Assembly (NCBI GenBank): GCA_963813065.1
Contig: CAWEXP010000007.1
Coordinates: 1-54,883, forward strand
Source: Candidatus Kaiserbacteria bacterium
GTDB lineage: Bacteria; Patescibacteriota; Minisyncoccia; Phycocordibacterales; Phycocordibacteraceae
Reading direction: 5' to 3'
DNA: 54,883 nucleotides
Positions 29,113 through 39,548 of the stretch are shown here, in pieces. The stretch's first letter is position 1; every line of letters begins with the position of its first letter. Below the pieces are notes generated by a model. The model was not told the origin of the DNA and ran no database searches. It was given only the letters and a program-made list of their open reading frames with translations. The translations under genes were made by a program, and so were the position numbers.

Positions 29113-29628
29113 ATGTTCGAAAGACTCGACAATAAACGCCTGACCCGTGGGCAAACTGCGGTCTTGCGCGCATACTTCGACCAGCCGGTCGACGAGTACG
29201 ATTTGCCCGAGAAATTGGGTTGCGCCGTTCGCGCGGACTGTTGTGGCACCAACGGGTTAGTAGTACGGAATCGTTGGGTGCCGGGCACATCGGCCCTGCA
29301 ACAACAATTCGCACTCTTCCGCGACCTGGTCGATGACGAAGCGATTCTCGTGGGCCGTTGGTCAGAGAAAAATCCTGAGCCGGAGACTGCAGAGTTCGCG
29401 ATGCTTATCTTCGCGGCACGTGACGATCTGCGTAAGAAAACGTGGCGAAATCTGCGGACGTCAAGCGGTCTATGGGCGGCTGCTCTTCTCATCTTCAGTG
29501 TATTCGCCATCGCTCATCCTTCACCGCCTGGCATCTGGATCTTCCTCGTCCTTGTCGTGGGTATCGTGGGATCGTATAACTGGTTCGGCATCGCGCGGAG
29601 GCAATTCAAAATTGCGAATCTGCCATAG
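29113..29628 (+). CDS. hypothetical protein with two C-terminal TM helices
   Basis: Own promoter (TTGACA at 29051, 17 nt, TAGTGT) and terminator; sits between scpA and scpB. Confidence 0.7.
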   Translation: MFERLDNKRLTRGQTAVLRAYFDQPVDEYDLPEKLGCAVRADCCGTNGLVVRNRWVPGTSALQQQFALFRDLVDDEAILVGRWSEKNPEPETAEFAMLIFAARDDLRKKTWRNLRTSSGLWAAALLIFSVFAIAHPSPPGIWIFLVLVVGIVGSYNWFGIARRQFKIANLP

Positions 29629-29647
29629 AAGTGATTATCGATAGTAT

Positions 29648-29672
29648 GCGGCGCCAAATGCGCCGCTTTTTT
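29648..29672 (+). terminator. intrinsic terminator
   Basis: GCGGCGC-caaat-GCGCCGC-T6. Confidence 0.75.
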
Positions 29673-29723
29673 GTACACGGGCGCTCGTTGCCGCGGGGGC
29701 CAGAAACGGCTAGTATGGAGGGA

Positions 29724-30269
29724 ATGTTGACGCCGCCGAATGCTGTCGAAGCGCTCCTCTTCGCCGCCGGAGAACCCTTAGAAAAAACGCGGGTCGCGAA
29801 CCTGCTTGGGATTAAGCGCGCCGAGCTTGAAGTCGCTCTCGAATCGCTCGGCGAACAGCTCGATGGCCGCGGCATCGCGCTCGTCGAGACCGAGCTGACC
29901 ATCGAATTGCGCACCTCGAGCTCGGCGGCCGAAATTGTGAAGCAGTATCGCGCGAGCGAACTCTCCCGCGACCTCGGGCGCGCGAGCCTCGAGACGCTCG
30001 CAGTGATTGCGTATCAGTCCGGTACCACGCGCGGTGAGATCGACTGGGTGCGTGGCGTGAATTCCTCGGCGAGCATCCGCACGCTCCTCATGCGCGGGCT
30101 TATCGAGGGGAGAGAAGATCCCGCCGACAAGCGCCGTATGCGCTACACTCTGACCACTGAGGCGCTCGCGCATCTGGGCGTTACCCGAGCCGCTGACTTG
30201 CCACGCTTCCAGGAGCTCGCGAAGTCGGCGCACGAAGTCATCGCGGAAAGTGTTGCCGTTGAAAATTAA
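29724..30269 (+). CDS. scpB: segregation and condensation protein B
   Basis: VEALLFAAGEP, SLETLAVIAY, IDWVRGVNS, LP at C-terminus. Confidence 0.93.
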   Translation: MLTPPNAVEALLFAAGEPLEKTRVANLLGIKRAELEVALESLGEQLDGRGIALVETELTIELRTSSSAAEIVKQYRASELSRDLGRASLETLAVIAYQSGTTRGEIDWVRGVNSSASIRTLLMRGLIEGREDPADKRRMRYTLTTEALAHLGVTRAADLPRFQELAKSAHEVIAESVAVEN

Positions 30270-30270
30270 T

Positions 30271-31218
30271 ATGGACAGCTCCGACCTCCAAGCTATTGCT
30301 CAGCGCACGCGCTCTCTGCGCGAGGCGGGCATTGCGATGCTAATCGCCTCTGGACTTCTCGCGCTATTCCTTTTCATTCCGCTTGCACCAGAGAAGTCGG
30401 TTGCAGTCGCGCCCGTCGTCGCAACGTCGACCACGCCCGACGCTTTCGCCGCTGTCCCGATTACCGCGCGCGCGGCGATTGTCTACGATCTTTCGACGGG
30501 CAACATTTTGTATGCAAAAAATGCTGATGCGCAATTGCCGCTCGCGTCGCTCACCAAACTCCTCACCGTGTACGGTGCACTTGCTGAACTCTCACCCGCG
30601 ACACCCATCACCGTCTCTGTCGCCGATACTCAGGTCGATGCCCCGCGTGCCTTTGCAGTAGGGGATACGCTGGCGCTCGCCGACCTCGCGCGCATTACCC
30701 TGACCGCCTCGCTCAATGACGGCGCCGCCGCTATCGCCGACGCTACTGCCTCGCGTGAGAACGCTTCGACTGCTGCCATGATGGCGAGCGCCGCCTCGGC
30801 ACTCGACCTCGCGCAGACCTATGCCTTGAATGGTAATGGCCTTGATGTTTCCACGACGGTGTCGGGAGGGTACGGCTCGGCGCACGATATCGCAGTCCTC
30901 GCCGGCGCATTGGTTGCCAAAGCGCCGGACATCGCCCTCGCAACGACTGAATCTTCAGCTTCCGCCACCGACGCACATGGCAAATCGTTTACGGTCACGA
31001 ACACAAATCCGGGTGTCGACGGCATACCGCACCTCCTCCTCTCCAAGACCGGCTACACCGACCTCGCGGGCGGTAATCTCGCACTCGTCTTCGATGCTGG
31101 TCTCAATCATCCCATCGCCGTTGTGGTGCTCGACTCGACCGAGAAGGACCGATTCACCGACGGCGAGGCGCTCGTGTCAGCGACGCTTGCGCACTTCGCG
31201 GGCGTTGCCTCACTATGA
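30271..31218 (+). CDS. D-alanyl-D-alanine carboxypeptidase (peptidase S11)
   Basis: ASLTK (SxxK), SLN (SxN) and KTG motifs; N-terminal TM anchor. Confidence 0.9.
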   Translation: MDSSDLQAIAQRTRSLREAGIAMLIASGLLALFLFIPLAPEKSVAVAPVVATSTTPDAFAAVPITARAAIVYDLSTGNILYAKNADAQLPLASLTKLLTVYGALAELSPATPITVSVADTQVDAPRAFAVGDTLALADLARITLTASLNDGAAAIADATASRENASTAAMMASAASALDLAQTYALNGNGLDVSTTVSGGYGSAHDIAVLAGALVAKAPDIALATTESSASATDAHGKSFTVTNTNPGVDGIPHLLLSKTGYTDLAGGNLALVFDAGLNHPIAVVVLDSTEKDRFTDGEALVSATLAHFAGVASL

Positions 31219-32288
31219 TTGCCGACCTCGTCAAAGTATTTATTCCGGCCGCGGCAACCTTCGTCATCGGTATTGCCTGTGCGCCTATCCTCACGCACTA
31301 TCTCTACAAGCATAACGTGTGGAAGAAAACGGTGTCGAGAACAGCGCTTGATGGCACGCCTGCAGTCGAATTTGAAAAACTCCGCAACACCGTGCATGCG
31401 GGCACCGAGACGCGCACGCCCCGCATGGGTGGCATTCTGGTCTGGGGAAGTGTGGCGCTCGTGACACTCACGTTCTTCTTCGCGGCACAGGCACTCCCGT
31501 TTGCCTTCGCACAAAAAATAGATTTCTTGAGCCGCAACCAGACTTGGATACCATTCTTCACTCTCATCGCCGGTGCACTCATGGGCCTCGTGAACGATGC
31601 ACTCGACATCCTCCCTGGTGGCGAGCGTGGCGTGCGACTCTCGGTGCGGCTCTTGTTCGTGGCACTCATTTCTGGCTTCATCGGTTGGTGGTTCTATGCC
31701 AAACTCGGCGTGACCGCCATATCGGTGCCAATCAACGGCCAGCTCATGCTCGGGTGGGGTATTGTGCCGTTCTTCATATTGGTCTCGCTCGCCTTGTACG
31801 CAGGCGGCGTGATTGACGGTATTGATGGACTTTCGGGCGGCGTCTTCACCGCGATCTTCAGCGCCTATGCGACGATCGCGTACTCGCAGGGCCAGGTGAA
31901 TCTCGCCGCCTTCTGTGCCGCGATGGTTGGTGCTCTGCTCGCATTCCTCTGGTTCAACATACCGCCCGCGCGTTTCTGGATGACCGAGACGGGCACGATG
32001 GGGCTCACGATGACGGTTGCCGTGGTGGCATTCATGACCGACCGCCTCGGCGGCGGCTATGGCGTCGTGGCACTGCCGATTATCGCGTTCCTCCTCTTCG
32101 CAACGGTCGCTACCAACGTACTCCAGATTCTCTCAAAGAAATTCCGTGGCAAAAAACTGTTTCGCATCGCTCCATTGCATCATCACTTCGAAGCGATTGG
32201 GTGGCCCTCCTACAAGGTGACGATGCGCTACTGGGTACTCGCGATTATGTTCGCCATTGTCGGCATGACCATCGCTCTGCTCAAATAA
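31215..32288 (+). CDS. mraY: phospho-N-acetylmuramoyl-pentapeptide transferase
   Basis: TPRMGG, DGIDGL, FLWFNIPPA, APLHHHFE. Confidence 0.95.
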   Translation: MIADLVKVFIPAAATFVIGIACAPILTHYLYKHNVWKKTVSRTALDGTPAVEFEKLRNTVHAGTETRTPRMGGILVWGSVALVTLTFFFAAQALPFAFAQKIDFLSRNQTWIPFFTLIAGALMGLVNDALDILPGGERGVRLSVRLLFVALISGFIGWWFYAKLGVTAISVPINGQLMLGWGIVPFFILVSLALYAGGVIDGIDGLSGGVFTAIFSAYATIAYSQGQVNLAAFCAAMVGALLAFLWFNIPPARFWMTETGTMGLTMTVAVVAFMTDRLGGGYGVVALPIIAFLLFATVATNVLQILSKKFRGKKLFRIAPLHHHFEAIGWPSYKVTMRYWVLAIMFAIVGMTIALLK

Positions 32289-32289
32289 T

Positions 32290-33388
32290 ATGAAGCGCGT
32301 CAGCGGCGACCGAATTTTTTTTATTCTCGTAGTCGCACTCGCGATCGGCGGTTTCGCCATTTTTTCTTCAGCATCACTCGGACTCCTCGCGCGCGAGAGC
32401 GGTTCGGTCTCGCGCGATATCCTCCTTCAGGCGGGGCTTGGTCTTGGTCTCGGCGCACTGGCGCTCCTCGCGGCGCGCGCTATCCCACTCGCGTCACTCA
32501 AGAAACTCTCGCCGTGGGCCTATGGGGCGGCTCTTGCGCTCACCGCACTGGTCTTCCTGCCCGGCATCGGGACGCACGCCGGTGGCGCCACGCGGTGGAT
32601 CAACTTGGCTTCACCACCGTCCAGCCGGCAGAGTTCTTGAAGATTGGTGTCGTGCTCATGCTCGCCTGGTGGCTTGCGCCGCGTGCGCGTCAGCTGAAAG
32701 ATTTTAAACGCGGACTCCTGCCATTCCTCGGTCTCCTCATCCCACCCGTAGCGCTCCTCGTCCTCCAGCCAAATAATTCGACGACAATGCTTCTCCTCGC
32801 CACCGCGATGGTGATGTACTTCGGCGCGGGCGCTCCCTGGCGCGACTTCGGCATCCTTGCACTCGCAGTGATTATTGGCTTCGGCGCCATCGTGGCAGTG
32901 CGTCCCTACGTGCTCCAACGCGTCGAAACCTTTCTTAATCCCGCCGCCGATTCGCTCGCGAGTGGCTACCAGATTCAGCAATCCCTCATCGCGGTCGGCT
33001 CCGGCGGTCTCGTGGGCAGAGGCTTCGGGCAGAGTGTGTTGAAAAATTTAACTACCTCCCCGAGCCCGATGGCGACTCGGTCTTCGCTGTCTTCGCTGAA
33101 GAAACCGGGTTCGTCGGGAGCCTCATCCTGCTCGCGCTCTTCGTCGGTCTCGCGGCACGCGGCATCGTGATAGCGGGGGATTCGCGTGACCTCTATGGTG
33201 GCCTCGTCGCGCTCGGACTCTCGTTCCTCATCATCCTCCAAGCCTTCATCAACATCTGCGCGATGCTCGGCATCATCCCGCTCACGGGCTTGCCCTTACC
33301 CTTTGTCTCGCACGGCGGTACCGCACTTCTCGCCGTCCTCTTCTCCTGCGGCCTCGTCCTCAATGTTGCCGCGCACCGTAAGGCGTAA
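32290..33388 (+). CDS. ftsW: FtsW/RodA (SEDS) protein, two compensating frameshifts near 32605 and 33040
   Basis: GATRWI, QPAEFLK, GYQIQQSLIAVGSGG, PLTGLPLPFVSHGG spread over three ORF-track segments; between mraY and murG. Confidence 0.9.
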
Positions 33389-33406
33389 CGTTGTATAATT
33401 GCCGCC

Positions 33407-34543
33407 ATGACCATCGTGTTTACGGGGGGTGGGACCGGCGGGCATTTCTATCCGCTGATTGCCATCAGCGAAGCGCTCAAGGACTTGGTCCGCGAAGAGC
33501 GCGTGCTCGAGCCCAAGCTCTATTTCCTCGCGCCGAACTCTTTCGACCCGCGAGCGCTTTTCGACAACAGCATCATCTTCATCCAAATTCCGGCGGGGAA
33601 GATGCGCCGCTATTTTTCTTTCGCGAATATCACCGGCCTCATCACCACGTTCTTCGGCACGCTCTCCGCACTCGTGACGCTCTTTCGCATCTATCCAGAT
33701 GTCGTCATCTCGAAAGGCGGCTATGGGAGCGTACCGACTGTCCTCGCCGCGCGCATTCTGCGCATTCCACTCATCATTCACGAATCAGATGCGAAGCCGG
33801 GTCGCGCGACCCTCATGGCCGCCAGATACGCTTCGAAAATCGCCATTTCCTTCGATTCAACCGCCGCATTTTTTCCGAAAAAGTTCCAGAAGAAAATTGC
33901 ACGCACTGGTATCCCGATTCGCAAAGCGCTCATGCGCGTTGAGGCGGAGGGCGCTCGGCAGTATCTCGGGCTCGAGAAGGATGTCCCGACCGTGCTGATT
34001 CTCGGCGGTTCGCAGGGCTCGGTGCGTATTAACGATGCCATCGTTTCTGCGTTGCCCGACCTCGTCTCCTTTGCAAACGTGATTCATCAGACTGGCGAAA
34101 ATAATTTCAAAGAGGTCAAAGGTGTCGCCGAGGTGACGCTCGCCGGCAATCCGCACGCGGACCGCTATCATCCCTTCGACTACCTTTCTGAAGTCTCGCT
34201 CCAGCGGGCGGCCGGTGCCGCAGACGTGGTCGTCTCGCGTGCAGGGGCGACGTCTATTGCCGAGATTGCGCTCTGGAAGAAGCCTGCGGTATTGATTCCG
34301 ATTCCCGAGGCCGTGAGTCACGATCAGCGCACCAACGCCTACGCCTACGCCGGCACGGGCGCCGCGGTCGTCATCGAGGAGGAGAATCTCACGCCGCACG
34401 TCATCGCCTCCGAGACCAAGCGCATCGCAACGAATCCCGAATTGGCAAAACAAATGGGTGCCGCGGCCGCCGGCTGGACCGACAAGGACGCGGCCCGCGT
34501 GCTCGCCAACGCCGCCCTCACCATCGCGCTTTCCCATGAATAA
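33407..34543 (+). CDS. murG: undecaprenyl-PP-MurNAc-pentapeptide GlcNAc transferase
   Basis: TGGGTGGH, KGGYGS, HESD, GGSQG, SRAGA, DQRTNA. Confidence 0.96.
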   Translation: MTIVFTGGGTGGHFYPLIAISEALKDLVREERVLEPKLYFLAPNSFDPRALFDNSIIFIQIPAGKMRRYFSFANITGLITTFFGTLSALVTLFRIYPDVVISKGGYGSVPTVLAARILRIPLIIHESDAKPGRATLMAARYASKIAISFDSTAAFFPKKFQKKIARTGIPIRKALMRVEAEGARQYLGLEKDVPTVLILGGSQGSVRINDAIVSALPDLVSFANVIHQTGENNFKEVKGVAEVTLAGNPHADRYHPFDYLSEVSLQRAAGAADVVVSRAGATSIAEIALWKKPAVLIPIPEAVSHDQRTNAYAYAGTGAAVVIEEENLTPHVIASETKRIATNPELAKQMGAAAAGWTDKDAARVLANAALTIALSHE

Positions 34544-36008
34544 AAAAGTGGTCACCCGTTTCGCACCGTCGCCGACCGGCTTCATGCATGTCGGAGGTGT
34601 TCGCACCGCGCTCTATTCCTGGCTCTATGCGCGTAAGAATCAGGGCATTTTTATTTTGCGCATCGAGGACACCGACAAGGCGCGCGAAGTCGAAGGCTCC
34701 ATCCCGCACATCATTGAATCCTTGCGTTGGCTCGGCATCGAATGGGATGAGGGCGTCGACAAGGGTGGCCCACGTGCGCCCTATCTTCAATCAGAACGGC
34801 TTGAATTATATAGAACATACGCGCAGAAATTACTCGACGCCGGACACGCGTATCCCGATCCCTATTCTGAAGAAGAGCTCGAGGCTCTGCGAAAGAAAGC
34901 CGAGGATGAGCATCGCGCATTTCTCTTCCGCGATCATAGGCCGAGCGCGGTGGGCCAGTGGGATGGGCAATCGCCGCTCCGCTTCCGCACGCCGGTCCTG
35001 AAGCGCTATGCCTGGCAGGACGCCGTTCGTGGCGAACTCTCCGCGGGAGAAGAGGCCCTCGACGATTTCATATTGATGAAAGGCGATGGGTATCCGACCT
35101 ACAACTTCGCACACATCGTCGACGACATCGAGATGCAGGTCACTCACGTCATGCGCGGCGAAGAATTTATTTCGTCGACCCCGAAGTTTCTTTCACTCTA
35201 CGAAGCACTCGGTGTCGAGCCGCCCATCTTTGTAACGCTCCCCGTCATCCTCGGACCAGATGGCAAAAAGAAATTGAGCAAACGCGATGGTGCGAAAGAT
35301 CTCCTCGATTATCGTGCTGATGGGTACATGCCCGAGGCGCTGATGAACTTCCTCGCGCTCCTCGGCTGGAATCCAGGTACTGAGCAGGAATTCTTCTCGC
35401 CCCAGGAACTCATCGAAACGTTTACGCTCGAACGAATCCAAAAGTCCGGCGCGCACTTCGACGAGGCGAAATTACTCTCCTTCAACCAGCATTGGATGCG
35501 CACACTCTCGGATGAGAAATTCGCGGAATGTTTGGACATCGAATGTCCAACATCTGATGTTGGACATTCGATGTCCCTAAATTCAGCAATGCTTTTTAAA
35601 GCCATTCCGCTGATCAAAGAGCGCGCACGCACCTTTGCCGAGGCCCGAACAATGCTCCTAGGCGAGCTCGCCTGCCTCTTTTCTGCCCCTACCCTCGACT
35701 CAGCCATCCTGGTCGCCAAGGAGCAAAAAGACCGCCCTGGAGCCACAAAATCGCTCCTCGAGAGCCTCCGAGAGCCCTTGGGAGCCTTGCCAGCGGGCAT
35801 CTCTGCCGATGCGGTTAAACAGGCCCTCATGCCCCTCGCCGACGCCGAGGAGGCGCGGGGCAAGGGCGGCCGCGGTGCGCTCCTCTGGCCACTCCGCTAT
35901 GCGCTCTCGGGGCGAGAGAAATCGCCTGACCCTTTCACCCTTATTGCACTCCTTGGTAGGGAAGAGTCAGTCGCCCGCGTACAAAAAGCAATTGCTATAC
36001 TGGGTTGA
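34536..36008 (+). CDS. gltX: glutamate--tRNA ligase
   Basis: TRFAPSPTG.MHVG, LRIEDTD, KLSKR. Confidence 0.97.
   Translation: MNKKVVTRFAPSPTGFMHVGGVRTALYSWLYARKNQGIFILRIEDTDKAREVEGSIPHIIESLRWLGIEWDEGVDKGGPRAPYLQSERLELYRTYAQKLLDAGHAYPDPYSEEELEALRKKAEDEHRAFLFRDHRPSAVGQWDGQSPLRFRTPVLKRYAWQDAVRGELSAGEEALDDFILMKGDGYPTYNFAHIVDDIEMQVTHVMRGEEFISSTPKFLSLYEALGVEPPIFVTLPVILGPDGKKKLSKRDGAKDLLDYRADGYMPEALMNFLALLGWNPGTEQEFFSPQELIETFTLERIQKSGAHFDEAKLLSFNQHWMRTLSDEKFAECLDIECPTSDVGHSMSLNSAMLFKAIPLIKERARTFAEARTMLLGELACLFSAPTLDSAILVAKEQKDRPGATKSLLESLREPLGALPAGISADAVKQALMPLADAEEARGKGGRGALLWPLRYALSGREKSPDPFTLIALLGREESVARVQKAIAILG
35534..35576. repeat. 43-bp perfect palindrome (family A) in-frame in gltX
   Basis: GGACATCGAATGTCCAACATC-T-GATGTTGGACATTCGATGTCC; translates as DIECPTSDVGHSMS. 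Confidence 0.95.
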
Positions 36009-37345
36009 TGCGTCGCGCGCTATTTTTTTTCTTTCTCTTACTCATCCCGTCGTTTGCGCACGCCCAGTCCGCCGCTGATCTCCAATCACAGATTGATGCG
36101 CACAACGCGCAGATAGCGGCACTCAATGCCGAGATTGCGGGCTACCAGAAGCAACTCGATGCCACCGTCGCGACTAAGAGCACTTTGCAATCAACTATCA
36201 ATTCGCTTGCGCTCTCGCAGAAACAGCTCGCCGCGCAAATCCAGGTAACACAAAATAAAATTGCCTCGGCGAATCTCCAGATACAGCAACTCACCTCCTC
36301 GATTGGTGATAAAGAGTCAGCCATCGCCGCCGATCAGCTTGCGATAGGGAAGGGGCTCGAGAGCATCGCCGAGCGCGACGCGACGCCACTCGTCGCCACG
36401 ATTCTCTCGAGCAATACCTTCGGCGACGCGTGGGAAGCGGCCGATGCGGCCATCCAGTTCAATCGTGCACTCGGCAGTGATGTACAGAATCTGTCTGACA
36501 CGCGCACGGCGCTCGCGAGTAATCGTGATGCCGTCTCGGCGACCAAGGCCCAACTTGTCTCGCTCGCGAGCGACCTGTCTCTACAAAAGAAATCAGTAGA
36601 TGCCACCACCGCGGCGCAGAAATCACTCCTCGCCCAAACCAAGAATACCGAGGCGAACTACCAGGCACTCATCAAGAGCAAGCAGGCCGCCGAGAAATCT
36701 TTCGAGCAAGAACTCACCGATCTCGAGAGTCAATTGAATCTCATCGTGAATCCGGGCTCTCTGCCAAAGGTTGGCTCGGGCGTACTCTCGTGGCCCTTCT
36801 CGCTCGCGTATATGCAGAATTGTGCGACGCGCCAAAGCGTCTTCAAGAATCTTTTCTGCATCACGCAATACTTCGGCAACACGCCCTTCGCTACCAAGAA
36901 TCCGCAAATCTACAACGGCATGGGCCACGACGGCATCGATATCAGCGCCGCCATTGGCACACCCATCGAGGCTGCGCTCACGGGCGTGGTGCTCGGCACG
37001 GGGAATACCGATGTGCGCGCACCCGATGGGCGCATGTGCTACTCCTTCGGCAAATGGATCATGCTCCAGCACGGCAATGGTCTCAACACGCTCTATGCGC
37101 ACCTTTCAGAAATCGACGTGACGAAAGGGGAGTCGGTGACGACCGGCGAAGTCATCGGGCTCTCGGGCGAGACCGGCTACGCGACCGGGCCGCATCTCCA
37201 CTTCGGCGTCTATGCCTCACAAGGCACCGAGATCATGGATCTCGGCAAGTTCCGCGGCTCGGGCGGCACGCCCTGTACCGATGCGGGTGCGGTCCTCCCG
37301 GTCGCCACCAAAGATGCCTACCTCAACCCGCTTTCGTACCTTTAG
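36008..37345 (+). CDS. secreted coiled-coil M23 family peptidase (EnvC/CwlO-like architecture)
   Basis: Signal peptide, long coiled coil, HDGID, LYAHL, TGPHLHF. Confidence 0.9.
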   Translation: MRRALFFFFLLLIPSFAHAQSAADLQSQIDAHNAQIAALNAEIAGYQKQLDATVATKSTLQSTINSLALSQKQLAAQIQVTQNKIASANLQIQQLTSSIGDKESAIAADQLAIGKGLESIAERDATPLVATILSSNTFGDAWEAADAAIQFNRALGSDVQNLSDTRTALASNRDAVSATKAQLVSLASDLSLQKKSVDATTAAQKSLLAQTKNTEANYQALIKSKQAAEKSFEQELTDLESQLNLIVNPGSLPKVGSGVLSWPFSLAYMQNCATRQSVFKNLFCITQYFGNTPFATKNPQIYNGMGHDGIDISAAIGTPIEAALTGVVLGTGNTDVRAPDGRMCYSFGKWIMLQHGNGLNTLYAHLSEIDVTKGESVTTGEVIGLSGETGYATGPHLHFGVYASQGTEIMDLGKFRGSGGTPCTDAGAVLPVATKDAYLNPLSYL

Positions 37346-37961
37346 CATCCCGCGCACGCCAGAGGGCGAGCGATGCGAAGGTGCGATAGGGAATCCAGCG
37401 TTCGGAAATCTCCACCAGTTTTTCGCGCGAGACATTTTTTGGTAATTCATAAATAGTTTCGATAGAACGAGCGAGGCCTAAGTCGCCAGGGGAGAAGACA
37501 TCGGCGCGACCGAGTGCGAACATCAGGAACATCTCGGCGCTCCAGGGGCCGATACCCCAAATCTCGGTCAGCCGAGATTTTGCCATTTCCTCAGGTATTT
37601 GCTTGAGTTCTAAGAGGTCTATTTTCCCCGAGTTCACCGCATCGGCCAGCGACTTGAGTGTCTTGAGCTTCGAGCCAGACAAACCCGCGGCGCGCATCTT
37701 GGCCTCTGGCGCTTTTAGGATTGCCTGTGGCGTTAACTTCCCTCCTGCGCAAACTTTTTTCACGCGCACCCGTATCGTATCGGCCGCCGCCCCGCCCAAT
37801 TGCTGAGAAATGACCGTCGATGCCAGGGCCGCAAAAAGGTCGGCGCGAGTCCTCTTGGCCGGCAGTTCCTCGGGTAAGGCTCGGATATGGGCAGAAACGG
37901 CCTTGTGCAGGCGCGGATCCGCCTTCTGTAGGTGTTGAAAGGCTCTGGTGCGGGTGTCCAT
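37323..37961 (-). CDS. DNA-3-methyladenine glycosylase II (AlkA-like HhH-GPD)
   Basis: VISQQL, GIGPWSAEM, D..SPGDLG, W.PYR. Confidence 0.9.
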   Translation of the reverse strand: MDTRTRAFQHLQKADPRLHKAVSAHIRALPEELPAKRTRADLFAALASTVISQQLGGAAADTIRVRVKKVCAGGKLTPQAILKAPEAKMRAAGLSGSKLKTLKSLADAVNSGKIDLLELKQIPEEMAKSRLTEIWGIGPWSAEMFLMFALGRADVFSPGDLGLARSIETIYELPKNVSREKLVEISERWIPYRTFASLALWRARDAKGTKAG

Positions 37962-37982
37962 AGGTGGTATTCTACAGGAGCC

Positions 37983-38159
37983 ATGCTCAAACTCATCGTC
38001 TTGATCATTATCGGCGTTCTGGCGCTCTCATTCTTCGGCATCTCGCTCCAATCCATCATCCAGTCGCCCGCGGCGCAGACCAACTTTGCCTACCTGGGCC
38101 AGCTCATCGCGAGCCTTTGGCACTCGGTGACGACAGTCTTTATTCACACACCGAATTAA
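37983..38159 (+). CDS. small membrane protein (58 aa)
   Basis: MLKLIVLIIIGVLALSFFGISL...; AGGAG upstream. Confidence 0.7.
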   Translation: MLKLIVLIIIGVLALSFFGISLQSIIQSPAAQTNFAYLGQLIASLWHSVTTVFIHTPN

Positions 38160-38168
38160 GTTTGCCTC

Positions 38169-39548
38169 ATGTCCGAAGGATTGCCCGATCAGGATGCTAC
38201 ACAGCGCAAAGAAGATCACGACACCTACACGCGCCGACAAGCGCTTGGCGTACTCGGTATTGCGGCACTCGGCGGCGCGAATTACCTTGGCCGCCACATG
38301 CAAGAAGACGCTGATGTGCCACCCGGCACCATCATCGACCTGCCTAAGCGCGGACTGGAGGCGCACAGCGACCGAGAGATTGATCTACGCAAACTCGAAC
38401 CAGAAATGATTGGGAAGTTTGTTGGCCCCATGTACGCAGAACCGCTCAATTTGCCACTCCATCGACGCGCACATAAAAATCATATCGGTAAACACCATGA
38501 GGGAGAATTGGTTGCCGAGATTCCGCCGATACTCACGATCAATGGTCCGGACATATTGAATCGACTCACGGCACAGAAGATCGCCCGTTGGACTGCTATC
38601 CTCAAGAAACGAAACCCTCCGCGCACACTAAGCTCCGAAGTGAGCCGACTGGCTGAGGAACGTATTAGCAACTACGAGATACGCTGGAACGATCGTGAGA
38701 AGTTTCCATCACGCGATGAGGCAATTCGTCGAACTTCGTTGCCAAAACTGTTGGGTGAGATAGATGGCCGCATTGCACCTTTGAAAAGTGCTCTCGCCGA
38801 ACCCCAGACACGTGCACATCTGATAGGGAAATATGGTCTTCGGCATGCACCTGAGGTGCTCGATACCGCGCTCGGACTCGCCGATCGTATCGACTCCAAT
38901 TTTCTGCAGGCGTATTCGATGACCGAGATTTGTCCCGGAATTACCGATGGTCTCTTCAACGCACAATTTACAAACGTAGAGCTCGAATCCCTTGGCCAAG
39001 AAGGCATCGCCAATTGGCCGTCGAGCGACCAGTGGCCCTCCTTCGGTCCATTCCAATTCACCTCGCTCGCAATCGACGATAATCCACTGGTCGGCGCTGG
39101 CGTGGTCAATAGTGCGCTCCCGTCCGAGCTCCAAATACCGACCACGCTCGACGACCTGTATAACATCGAGGACCACTACGCGGCCGCGTATCTTTTTGCC
39201 ATCAACAATTTGATTCACGCCGCGGCACATCTGCCTGAAGAATTGGCGCAATTGGCCCAGCTCGACCCGGAAACCCTAACTGAGTTCATCTCCACAAGCC
39301 ATAATGGGCCCACCGCGGCTCTTTCTATCCTCCGAATGTATCTTCCGTCACAAACGGGCCCACGACCTGCAACTTATCTCGAATGTTGTCAGGCGTATGA
39401 TGCGGCGCATCTCAAGCGCGATAGAAATCTGCACGAGAGAGAGGGGAAGCATTATCAACCGCATATTATTGTCTCCATGGCGGATTATGCGACGAAGACC
39501 GTGAACAATGCGGCGGGTCTGCAGGAGTATCTAGCCACGCACGGCTAA
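38169..39548 (+). CDS. hypothetical membrane-anchored protein, possible lytic transglycosylase-like domain
   Basis: TRRQAL followed by a hydrophobic segment; YSMTE, SFGPFQF and SHNG in SLT-like order. Confidence 0.55.
   Translation: MSEGLPDQDATQRKEDHDTYTRRQALGVLGIAALGGANYLGRHMQEDADVPPGTIIDLPKRGLEAHSDREIDLRKLEPEMIGKFVGPMYAEPLNLPLHRRAHKNHIGKHHEGELVAEIPPILTINGPDILNRLTAQKIARWTAILKKRNPPRTLSSEVSRLAEERISNYEIRWNDREKFPSRDEAIRRTSLPKLLGEIDGRIAPLKSALAEPQTRAHLIGKYGLRHAPEVLDTALGLADRIDSNFLQAYSMTEICPGITDGLFNAQFTNVELESLGQEGIANWPSSDQWPSFGPFQFTSLAIDDNPLVGAGVVNSALPSELQIPTTLDDLYNIEDHYAAAYLFAINNLIHAAAHLPEELAQLAQLDPETLTEFISTSHNGPTAALSILRMYLPSQTGPRPATYLECCQAYDAAHLKRDRNLHEREGKHYQPHIIVSMADYATKTVNNAAGLQEYLATHG

Noticed and set aside
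35831-35864. Possible additional CAAG-tailed hairpin in gltX (GCCCC...GGGGCAAG)
   Set aside because: The stem is imperfect in a GC-rich coding context and cannot be separated from chance without an ortholog alignment.
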